Assembly (NCBI GenBank): GCA_013239625.1 | Contig: MU054187.1 | Location: forward strand, 4,847,757 to 4,911,756 | DNA length: 64,000 nucleotides | DNA from: Lama guanicoe | Lineage: Eukaryota | Direction: 5' to 3' | Position numbers and translations under genes: made by a program | The notes under the pieces: model-generated | Databases searched by the model: none | Told to the model about the DNA's origin: nothing | Seen by the model: only the letters and a program-made list of their open reading frames with translations | Shown here: piece by piece, positions 53,960 through 64,000 of the stretch | How the letters are laid out: each line of letters opens with the position of its first letter | How positions within the stretch are numbered: position 1 is the stretch's first letter

Positions 53960-54370
53960 TGTGAAGAGAAAACAAACGACGTCGCGTTAACCGACGGCCC
54001 GCGCCGCGCGGGCCCGGGGGCTGTGCGCACTGGCTCTCGTCTGCGGGCCGGGGCCGGGCGCCGGGACGGGGCGGGGCGCAGCCAAAGCGGACTGGATCTA
54101 AGCGCGCCTATTCTTGGGACGCTGCAAGGCTGCTGGACAACGCCTGCTTCCCCCAACACGGAACCATTCCAGATTATCTTTAGGGAAGCAGGAAGGGACG
54201 GACGCCGGCCCCTTGCGTCGCCTCGGGAGCGGGGCACCACACGCATGCTATGAGAGCGGCCCGCCAGCAGGTGGCGACGGCCGGCCGCTTACCCACTGCT
54301 GCAGTAGTCGCTATTCCAGTCCACCGGCTGGGCGGGCGGATTTCTGCACCCGGAGCGCACGTACTCCATG
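53960..54370. promoter_or_regulatory. CpG-island-like segment over the last TOX intron
   Basis: ggcccgcgccgcgcgggcccgg, ggggcggggcg GC boxes, CTCF-like motif at 54264-54276. Confidence 0.6.
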
Positions 54371-54444
54371 GCCTGGGTGACCACTTGCGCAGCTGTAGAT
54401 GTAGGGTTGATTATAGTCTGATAGTCGGGTTGCAGATTAAATCC
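54293..54444 (-). CDS. TOX: TOX penultimate exon (GFNLQPDYQTIINPTSTAAQVVTQAMEYVRSGCRNPPAQPVDWNSDYCSSG), 152 nt
   Basis: Peptide matches TOX; acceptor ttccctttcag|GGA, donor GG|GTAAGC; phase 0/2 is compatible with both neighbouring exons. Confidence 0.97.
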
Positions 54445-57400
54445 CTGAAAGGGAAAGCAAGGCCACAAATAAGAAGAAAAGCACCTACTAGTTACCCACT
54501 GTTTGCAAACACCGCTGCCTTCTTGCTCGCCTCCCTGCAAGGGCAGGCGTGTCCCAAGGACCCAGAAAACTTAAAGATGGAAAAGAAGCGCCCACAACCC
54601 CATTCTTCTTACCTTCCCCTCATTTAAACATGTGTTAGAAAACCCTGAATTCTATTCTGGAGCAGATCAATTGAATCGAGAAACAATTTAAAATTGAGAA
54701 AAGCCAACTCAATCAAAACAAAGGGAAAAGGCTCTAAACACCTCGAAGTTTATGTTTTCTGTCAAGCCTAAGGATACATTAATAGTTAATCCCCAGAATA
54801 TGCAACAGAATCTTCTTTGAAGGATTCAGGCAGCAGGTGGCTGAGTGTTTTATTAGACTACACCTATTCACATATTGTTCTCAAAACCCTTTTTCTTCAT
54901 TCAATCACAAAGGGACCATCTGCTTCTTCTTTTATTTGTACTTCTTTCTCAGCTAAAAAATTTCAACCAAAGCTTTTTAACAGTTGTTGGACTAGGATAG
55001 GGAAAGAAATTCAAAACAACCGCTGGAGGAGACAGAAGCAAGAGCATAAGACTGAGCAAATATTTTTTAATTGAAAAGTCTATTAACTGGCAAATAATAA
55101 TCAGACTTCAGGAAGAGTCTTTTAATACACTGGTATGGTGGAGTGTTGACTTTTAATCCTTGCTGAGTTATTAAAAATTCAAGGACAGAATCTCTGAAGT
55201 ATATAGCTGTATCTGGTAAACAAAAAGCATTATACACTGAGATTTATTTTTAGCTTATCTGGTGAATTCAAGAATGGCATAAGCAAGCTTTGCTGGAAAT
55301 GACCAAAAAAGCAGCTTAATTAATCTTGTGGCTGTCTCTTTCTGTAGGAGATTCTCACATGGTTTTTAACCACTGAAAAAAAATCAAGAGATTTAAAAAC
55401 GAATCGTCCTCTATTTACTTGCAGGTTCTTTTGAAGGCATAATACTGTTGGGAATTTACATCTCTGAAAAAAAATTCAGCAGAATGATCAGAGGGCTGAT
55501 TTTTCACTCAGGATATTTCCTTCGACTTTTATCCATGTTTGAGGGTAACTTGGGTAAAGACTCAAAGACATCTATTATCAAATGTCCTCAATTCTCAGTC
55601 CTGGCTTTAAGATATTAATTTATTTTCTATTCAAATGATAACTACTTCAAGCCAGTGTCCACCCAAACTCCCACCAAAGCTGTGTATGCATGAAAGACAA
55701 GATGGTGAAGGATGGGAAGTGGGGTATTCAGCCAGCTTGGTTATCTGACCTCGCGGAGGCTGGAGGGCACAAGCATGTCTCCTTAATTAACAGCTGGTTT
55801 GTGTGAGGTAAGCTTGTTTATGCAGACACCACCTGCAGCTCAAGCCACAAACATTTCCCACAATAGGAGGGCGAAAAGTGAGAGGTTGCACCGGGGAGTT
55901 TGGTTCTCCGGGCCTTTACCGCCCTGCGTCTCTGTCGTGCGAGGGGCTGCCCTGGCTGCGGTGAACTGCATCTGTTTCATTTTGGTCCCATAATGTCTTT
56001 CTGGGGCTTACCAGCCAGCTTTCTCGACTTCTCTCCCGAGTGTCTCACGTGATGCTGGGAAATGGCAGGACCAAGGCCTCAGAGAGAGGAGCCTCAGGTC
56101 CACTTGTGTACCAGCCCTGTTGTCAGGGCCGCCCAGCAACCAGCGACTGGAGAGCCTCCGGGCCCAGCACTCAGCAGTGGCTCAATAAGTCACGTTTTCC
56201 AATAAATAAATTTTAACACTAACTCTTTGATGCTACCCTTGGAAGGGCACGGGGAGCGTCAACGTGTAAATGCCAAGGCTCTCCAATCTTTTTAATGTAA
56301 AGTTCTCCACGTTGGATTTCTGCACAATTGACAAAAGGTAACCTAACAGTAAGCAAGACTTGAAAACAGAATAGCTGAAAGCACCTCCCTTTAGCTAAAG
56401 GTATGGAAACACGTGAGAAACTAAAAATAAATAAAAACAAACCAACCTGCTCCTACCCAACCCCAGCAATCACACAACAGAAGCCACCACTGCTTTTTCT
56501 TCCATCCGATGAACAAGCCTTCTCAAGCTTGGGGGGCGAATTATCAGGAGAACATTAATTTTTAAGTGGACTTTAAGATTCAATGGGTCACTTCAGTTTA
56601 AAAATACCAAAATTATGTGTTATCTACAAAGGTCAGAAATTTAAAAGTCAGCTAACTTCAATGCCTGCATTTAAGATCACTCATATTAAAACAACCAAAG
56701 ACCAAGAAAAACACAAGCAAAGCCTGAAGTAACACGATCTCGCTTGCTTTCAGCTCAGAAAATGAAGCATTCTTCTGAAGACTGTATTAAGAGACGCTGA
56801 AGTCAAACCTAGAACTAAAGCCATTTTGATTATTGATGTAAATACGAATAAACAATGCTGATATACACTTTTGAAAACTGTTTGCTTAGCGGTCTAATTA
56901 AACAAGACCGAGCAGTTTGCATTTTAATGCTCAAGAGAAAAATCACCAACTGTTTTGTAACATGCCTGGAATTTTAAATTTCATTTTCTGGTGCCAGATT
57001 GAAATAAAAATAGGAAACACGATAAAGATTAATTTGATGTCAGAAGGGACATTTGCTCTTTAATTAGATTTCTGTAGCCCCGCCGTTCAGTTGCGCCACC
57101 GTAGCAAGTCCTAAAAAAGCCCCCAGCACAACCAAACAGTGACCCTCATATCCACACTTTACTGGGAACTAATTTCATTTCCTGCCTGTCTGGAGAGGCA
57201 TTTTCAACAGGCATCAATGTTTTTGTCTTCACAACTGATTTATTCATCAATCTCAATGTGATTTTTTTTAAACCTTTAAATTACACCCAAATCCTAAAGC
57301 AGCTGTTTATTACACAAGGAAATTGAAAATCTGTCTGTGTGATATCATACAAAGATCTTTTTTTCTTAAGGTTATAAAGGAAGTTGACAGATATTAATGA

Positions 57401-58093
57401 TTTTTTTTTCCTCTTGACCTCATTTGACAGTATAGCGTACAGAAAAAAAAAGGAAGAAAATTAGACCCCCAAAAACAGGTCCATGGATTTGGCGTATAAA
57501 ATATTACTCTAGGAAAAAAAAATCATTCCTGGCGGGCGCTAACATCATTTCTGTAGGATACATTCGTTTTTCAAAAGGATAATAAAACAGCTATAGTAAT
57601 GTTGAAATATGAGACATTATTTAAAAAATACAGTACTCACGAAATTTCTTTCTCTTTTTTTTTCTTTTTCTTTTTTGGTGTTTGAAAATGGGACCATGGC
57701 CCCCGTACCCAGGAAGCAAACACCTTCAGGATGAAGATGGTGGATCAGACAGGTCTCACTCCGGCCCTGGGAACTACAACCACGGGCTAAAGCGCTGCTT
57801 TGGGGACGTGGACACCGACCCCGCAGACGGCGGCGACCATGACGCACTGAGGGCAGCAGGGGTGACTGACTCTGTGCTCTGTGGTTCCCCCCACACCCTC
57901 CCGCCTTCTGATTCTTAAAGGGTCTCTTCTTCTTGTCCTCCTGCCTTGAGAGGGGGCTCCTTTATCCCTCCCAGCCCGTCCCGGGGCTGTTCCTCCACAT
58001 GCCCTGCAGCTCCTCCCCTGGTTTCTTACTTCTGTAGAATTCTAGTAATGCACCTGTTTATCTTATTTCCACCTGCCCCCTCCCCCGCTGTCC

Positions 58094-58302
58094 NNNNNNN
58101 NNNNNNNNNNNNNNNNNNNNNNNNNNNNNNNNNNNNNNNNNNNNNNNNNNNNNNNNNNNNNNNNNNNNNNNNNNNNNNNNNNNNNNNNNNNNNNNNNNNN
58201 NNNNNNNNNNNNNNNNNNNNNNNNNNNNNNNNNNNNNNNNNNNNNNNNNNNNNNNNNNNNNNNNNNNNNNNNNNNNNNNNNNNNNNNNNNNNNNNNNNNN
58301 NN
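58094..58302. other. Assembly gap (209 N)
   Basis: Run of N. Confidence 1.
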
Positions 58303-59569
58303 CACTGTCCCCCCCCACCCCCGGCCGATGTGAGCTCCTCGGGGCAGAACTCGCTTTCCAGAGCCAGGACAATGCCAGGCACACATTCAGGTTCAATGAA
58401 TTTTTTTTGAATAAATAAAAAATTGTAAAACTTCCAAGGATTTGAGACTCCACAAACTAGCCTGTAATTTCTTCTAATATTTCAACTTCTACTACTATTT
58501 TTTATTCACTCATTTGTTCATTTGTCCCTTCAACCATTATTTTGTTGACCGCCTACCGGGATCAAGGCATCGTTCAAAGGGATCTCAGTCATCGCAGTCT
58601 CTGCGGCGGCATTTACTCCCTGTTTTGGGGTCGTGTCATTTTGTGACATGTCACTATTAATGCGAACTGAAACCAGGCCCTGTCACCTCAGCGAGAACAC
58701 TTCCTGCGACGCACTAACGGAACGGACTTAAAGATCGATGGATAGCTTGTCCGGTATGATCTGTTCTATTTTTTCCTATTCAGTTAAGAATTCTATATGG
58801 AAAGACACATCTCTCGGGTTTCCCCACGTGGCCCTATGTCATCCTGCAATGTTTGAATTCACAGGCAGCCCATCTAAGGTGTGAGGACAAACAGAAAAAG
58901 GAACGGTCTGCGTGGACACGTTAGCAAAAAGGTGCCCTCCCTGCACAGAGCTCTGGCCCTCAGCCTGGGGAGGGGACTGACTGTGCCTCCTGTCTGCTTC
59001 TCTCCAGGAAGAAACAGCCCCTCAACTACAGCCCTGTGAGCAAACACGGGCCCTTGGCCGGGCAGCACCCTTAGCGGGGGGTCAACCCACACGACTCAGA
59101 CTACCAACTCCTTACTCAAACACTACTGCTTCATCAAAACACAAGGGCATCCAAGAGTGTGCCTCTTACTATGCGTTATGCCTGATGGAAAGCGTGGAAA
59201 TCGGACTCTGTGAATATCACTTGTTGGTCACTAACGCCGCTGAAGATGAGGCAGGATGGTGGAGGCTGGAGTCTCCCCCGTCTCCTTCCCTTGTGGGTCG
59301 ACAACTAGGTTGTTGGATCCGGGGAAGGAAGTCGTCTGAGCTTGATCGATACCCTTGGCTTGGGGACCAGTGAAGACTTCGGTCAAGACACAAGTCCTCT
59401 GCTCTCCACAGCCATTTAACCTCAGAACTAACTAGGATTTAAAGACCCTCCCAATTCTTAGGAGACAACAGGGCCTCTAGTGGGAAACTGCTGAGAGCCT
59501 ACAAAAATGACTGAGTCAGAGGCAGCGGGTCTAGCGTTGAAGAATCCAGGCTCTGATTTCTGAAGAGAG

Positions 59570-59710
59570 ATGGCTTTGAATTCTAGCTCTGGCCTTAGGG
59601 ACACATAACTCAGCTCTGCTGAGCCTGCGCTTCCCCACCTGTGAAATGAAGACGCTGCCAGGGCCTGCACTGTGAAGCTCCGAAATTAAAGATGAGGTGA
59701 GGTAATGTAT
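59570..59710 (+). mobile_element. MIR SINE in TOX intron
   Basis: tttgaattctagctctg...ctgagcctgcgcttccccacctgtgaaatg. Confidence 0.7.
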
Positions 59711-60669
59711 TAAGGTTTGTTACTGTCACCTCCTGGAAATCCTGTCTGTAACTATAATAATAAAAATGAACTTGGGGTTATGTATATTTGATTCCTATTT
59801 CTGCCTCCCCTCCACCCCTCCCTAGTCCAATCACAGGCTCAAATTCCAGAGGGCCAGGTGTCCCTCCTCTAAGGCTATGTTTGCATACTTAATTATAGCT
59901 CTGGGAACAACAGAGTAATTGGATTATAAAAGTGATAGATTAATTTGATGTGATTCGTAGTTTTTACCTTGATCTATTTTTTTACAAGTTTTTAGGATTT
60001 TTTGATGCTTTATGTTCAGTTTACATCATTTGCTCCTTAGTCTCCAATTTTAAAAATAACATCAAAATCCAAAAGGAAAACTTGATTTCAAATAAAACTT
60101 AAGCTAAGACTGCACACAAATGATTTCCATACTTGGGGGAGTGGACAGGGAGGCTCCCAAACCTCCTGTGTTTTCTCATCTCTGTAGAAGCCAGATACCC
60201 ATTTTTAAATAAAACTCTGGTTATCATTTTCATTTCTTTAGGACTCTAAAGGTTGTACCAAATTCGCTATTTCTGACCATAAACCACGGGCGGGCTTTCA
60301 TTCTGCAGAATACATTGGACTCACCAGGCATATCAGTCAAGACTTCCTCATTTCCAATATATAGATACCTCAAATAGCCTTCTCAACCCCGAAGAGGTCT
60401 TTAGCATCAGTGCCATCTCAAATAACAAGGGAACTTTACTCAAGAAGCAGCAAGAAGGGTGATGAGGACGACGAAGCAGGCGGGAACCCTGGTAAAGGAA
60501 CCGGGGAGGACGGAAGGCGGAGGGCCGGTGGTGCGAGCTGCCCTGCTCGTCACCTGCCGAGTAGTCTCTCCGGAAGCCGATGCCTTCCGGTCTCTCTCCA
60601 CTTGAACCCAAGGACAGGAGACAGCAGCCCAGCCCAGCGGGGAGCAGACCCCCGGCGCCTGGCACGTAC

Positions 60670-61059
60670 CTGCTGCAGGGTCGGGGAGTGTAAGGCGGGC
60701 TGGACCTGCATGGGGAGCTGGTTCCCGAGGGGCTGCTGCATGCTGAGCGGCTGGTGCGGCTGCAGGTTGAGATGCTGGTGCAGAGGCGGGCTGATCTGCA
60801 GCGGGGGAGGGGGGGACACGGCCATGTTCGCTATAGACACAGTCACTGGCATTTGGTTACTGGCCTTGGGGGCTATGCTCCTGGGGAGGCTGGGGTGCAT
60901 GGCGGTGAGGTGAGGGCTCATTCCGGGCTGCTGGTGGTAGTGGGAGCTTAGGTACAGAGCTGAGTGGGCCTGGCTGGGCCCCGGGAACACGGCCGGGGGC
61001 TTGGAGTTGACCAGCGGCGGCGGCTGCGACGCCTTCACGTCCACGGGCTCGCTGTAGCT
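60670..61059 (-). CDS. TOX: TOX (thymocyte selection-associated HMG box) internal exon, third from last; Pro/Gln-rich C-terminal region, 130 codons SYSEPVDVK...HSPTLQQ
   Basis: Translation matches recalled TOX C-terminus (SALYLSSHYHQQPGM, NQMPVTVSIANMAVSPPPPLQISPPLHQHL). Acceptor tttcccccgcag| and donor CAG|GTACGT; 390 nt, phase 0/0. Confidence 0.97.
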
Positions 61060-62476
61060 CTGCGGGGGAAACAGACGGGGGTCAGAGACGCACGCGCGGC
61101 GCCTTCCGCTCCGGGAGGCTCTGCGAGCCGCTCCCGGGCTTGCACCGGGACCAGCCCTCCCCGACCCTCAGCAGCTCCTCCGCCGTTGTTTGCCGCGTGA
61201 CCACGCGCACCTGACGGAGCGCATTCTCTTGGGTGAAATCTAGAACAATGTTTGGCGACAGTTTTTCCCCCTTTGCTTAAATGCTAAGCTCTAACTTGGT
61301 GACTTTTGTCATCATCCCAAGAAAGAGAAACAGATAAGAGGTGGGGTGGATGCCATCAGTACCACCTAGCAGGGGCTGCCGGAGCGGCTCACTTGGAAGG
61401 GAATTCCATTCTGGAGTTCTTCGATTAATTGTATGTTTAGTTTTAAATTTTTACCCTTTATGTTTTCAAAGAGGCTTGGCCTAGCTATTTGCACAAAGAA
61501 AACAAAGCTGGTTGATGGAACTAGATGAGAAAGAAAAGAGTTCTAAAGTAGCTCTCTGAAGTCATATAAGACCATGTTAATATACCTTCAAAGTAACCAT
61601 AGAACTCAGCTTGATTTTTTTAAAAGAAGTTGGTGATGAATTGTTCTCAGTAATGAACTGGATAAAAATAAGCTCTCTTAGAAATCTGAGACTCCATCAT
61701 AAATTAATGTAATTTTGCCCTAACTTTTTTCACACCTGCACACGGCCTTTCCTAATAATCGTGTAATTGACTTAAAAACGACGCCTGTCAGCGGGAGCTG
61801 AGAAGCAGCAGGAATTGGCCCGGAGGCATTTCTTCTTGGGCATGAACCTCCCTCCTACTTCTGCTGAGAGGAAGGGGCTGATGAACAAATGGTGAAGGGG
61901 GAGAGCAGCTGGGGAGGAAAATGCTAACATGTCCTTCTGGAGGAGAAAGGTCGCTTTGTCAAAACGAGGTCTTGAGGAGGGATCCCTGCCCTGATTCTGT
62001 GACCTCGAAGTTGTGCTTCTTCCGTTGATAAGCCAACATGAGTTTCTGGTTACTCAGCATTGCAGGGCCTGCCCGAACTCCCCCTGCTCCGTCTCCGTGC
62101 GGAACTGCGGACAGACGGGTACTTAGGGACTCTGGTTCATCACCACGATGACATGAAACTCCACGCAGAACTTCATCTCACCAGCCAGCCTGCAGCACTG
62201 CTGGCCACGCAATTCATTTCCTCCCACAGTGGAGGACAATTAAGTGAGAGCCACAGCAAGAACAGTGCAGCCTCTGTGTGCTGACCGGAGGTGGCCAGGC
62301 TGTGGTGGACGGGCTCGTAGCCTCCTCTGCTGTCTCCATAGAAAGGACATGACCGACATCTGGAAGAATCTGCCAAACCATGGAGACCTGGGGTCCTGCG
62401 AGACTGACTCCTCCATGTAGAACAGATAGTAAGGCGTACCCCAAAGAATCCTCTCCTTTTTCTCTGAGTCAGTATT

Positions 62477-62706
62477 TTTTTAAATTTAATTTTTTAAATT
62501 GAAGTGTAGTTGATTTATAGTGTTAGTTTCAGGTGTACAGCAAAGTGATTCAGTTATATATATATATATACCTATATATTTATACGTACTTTCAGATTTT
62601 TTTCCTTTATAGCTTATTACAAGAAATTGAATATAGTTCCCTGCACTCTACAGTAGGTCCTTGTTGTTTATCTATTTTATATACAGTAGTGTGTGTTAAT
62701 TGCAAA
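62477..62706 (-). mobile_element. Short, relatively young L1 3' end in TOX intron with perfect 13-bp TSD
   Basis: attgaagtgtagttgattta...tacagtaggtccttgttg; ctgagtcagtatt at 62464-62476 and 62707-62719. Confidence 0.92.
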
Positions 62707-62902
62707 CTGAGTCAGTATTGATGCAGCTTTCTGAAATAGAAATGGACATTCAGACTCCCTGTCTTTTGCACTGACATGAAAAATGTCCAAAATTGTTTAC
62801 AAAAATTTTCAAGGGGAAGCTTTCGACTTAAGAAGCTTTATTAAATGTAGTGCTTTTGATTAAACAAAAAGAAAAAATCTGAAGTCGATTTTCTTTTATT
62901 TT

Positions 62903-64000
62903 TGCTTCCACTTAAAAATTCTTATTGTTGATGTGCAGAGCGGTGAACAATTCAAGGAAAAGGTCAAACAGGTTAACTCAGGCTGTGTAAACAGTGACTA
63001 GTTCTACAGCAGAATAACATGTACTGCAGTGATATGCCTCAAAAATCACTCCATATATGCCAAGAAGATTATGTGCTTGTTGTGAATCTGTAAGTCATGT
63101 GGGAAAGCATTTTCATTGGGTTTGCATTCCTTCTTCTCTGAACTATTGCAGAAGGGCTAATTTCATAGTTAGTCACATTCTGCATCAACTTCATACAGCA
63201 AAAGAACGACTACACAGTGACCAGATAGCTACAAGATGCACCTGCTAGTGCATCGTCTCTTCACCATGATTCCTGGGTCACCAGAAAAGATATTTTTTTT
63301 AAGGTTGGGACTAGAATCTCGGTGTCCCATGCTCCTGGCACAGTGCAGGAGCACAAAGACTAACATGTTTGTTGAATGACTGAATGACTGTTCTTGAACA
63401 ATACTGCAGGCAGTCAGTGTTGCCCTTGCTGTGGTTCCTGCTAAGACACGCCATTCCTCTTCCTAAGGGATGAGGAAAGATCTGAAATCTTTGAAAACCT
63501 ACAGAATATCAGATTGATCTCCACTCTCTTCTCTGCTCTTATCATGAACCACACCTTTCCAGAAAAAAAACCACAATAAATTACAACCCTTAACTTTTCC
63601 TTTGGTATGGTACTGTGTGCTTGGTTCCCCACTGGATCTTGGGTGGATGGTAGGCAGCAGGGAAGCTTTATTCTGTTTCACCTGTATTTTGAGAATTTGT
63701 ATCTTTACGTAAAGATCCACTCATTTAGACGGGAAAAAAACCTACTTCTGGCTTCACTTCTGATTAATTCTTAATCAGTCTAATACAATAGACCACCTAT
63801 TAATTACAGAGCTATTTGATTGTTTTGGAAGATCGGTAAAACAAGTTCATTTTCCATAGCAAAGTCACATGAATTCATAATCTGACTGAATGGGAATACG
63901 AAGAAATCACAAGTTTAATGTACTCTCAGTGTCATTTTCTTCCAATTAAAGTATGATGCTTCCACTTAAAAATTCTTATTGTTGATGTGCAGAGCGGTGA
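62903..64000 (+). repeat. Exact 44-bp direct repeat (62903-62946 and 63957-64000), second copy cut by the window edge
   Basis: tgcttccacttaaaaattcttattgttgatgtgcagagcggtga occurs twice, 1054 bp apart. Confidence 0.95.

Noticed and set aside
57946..58453. ORFs spanning X residues
   Set aside because: Artefacts of the N gap.
60550..60669. In-frame extension of the TOX exon (VRARRRGS...)
   Set aside because: Begins exactly at a canonical CAG|GTACGT donor where TOX similarity stops; open only because the intron is GC-rich.
1..64000. CRISPR array, operon or prokaryotic defence system
   Set aside because: Mammalian intron/intergenic DNA; no regularly spaced repeat-spacer array or dense coding ORFs.

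Overview
This is mammalian genomic DNA, most likely from a camelid (camel/alpaca/llama), judged from five tRNA-Ala-derived Vic-1-type SINEs and cetartiodactyl-type L1 3' ends. The only supported protein-coding sequence is the 3' end of TOX on the minus strand: three terminal exons (61059-60670, 54444-54293, 53956-53920) with canonical GT-AG junctions in consistent phase, then a ~2.3 kb 3'UTR ending at tandem AATAAA signals near 51.6 kb. The HMG-box exons lie beyond the right edge. Bases 1-51.5 kb are intergenic, with L1, L2, MIR, SINE, MaLR/ERVL LTRs, a MADE2 and a truncated MER41-like ERV1 (LTR plus leader). No prokaryote-style or wholly new system is supported. The most notable signals are patchy AT-to-GC/CpG gain that appears to reach into TOX coding sequence, a possible ~1.05 kb tandem duplication at the right edge, a stop codon built into the last intron donor, a structured ERV leader downstream of TOX, and several enhancer-like or CTCF-like elements. 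Repeat family names and comparisons with human TOX are from recalled sequences and need database confirmation.
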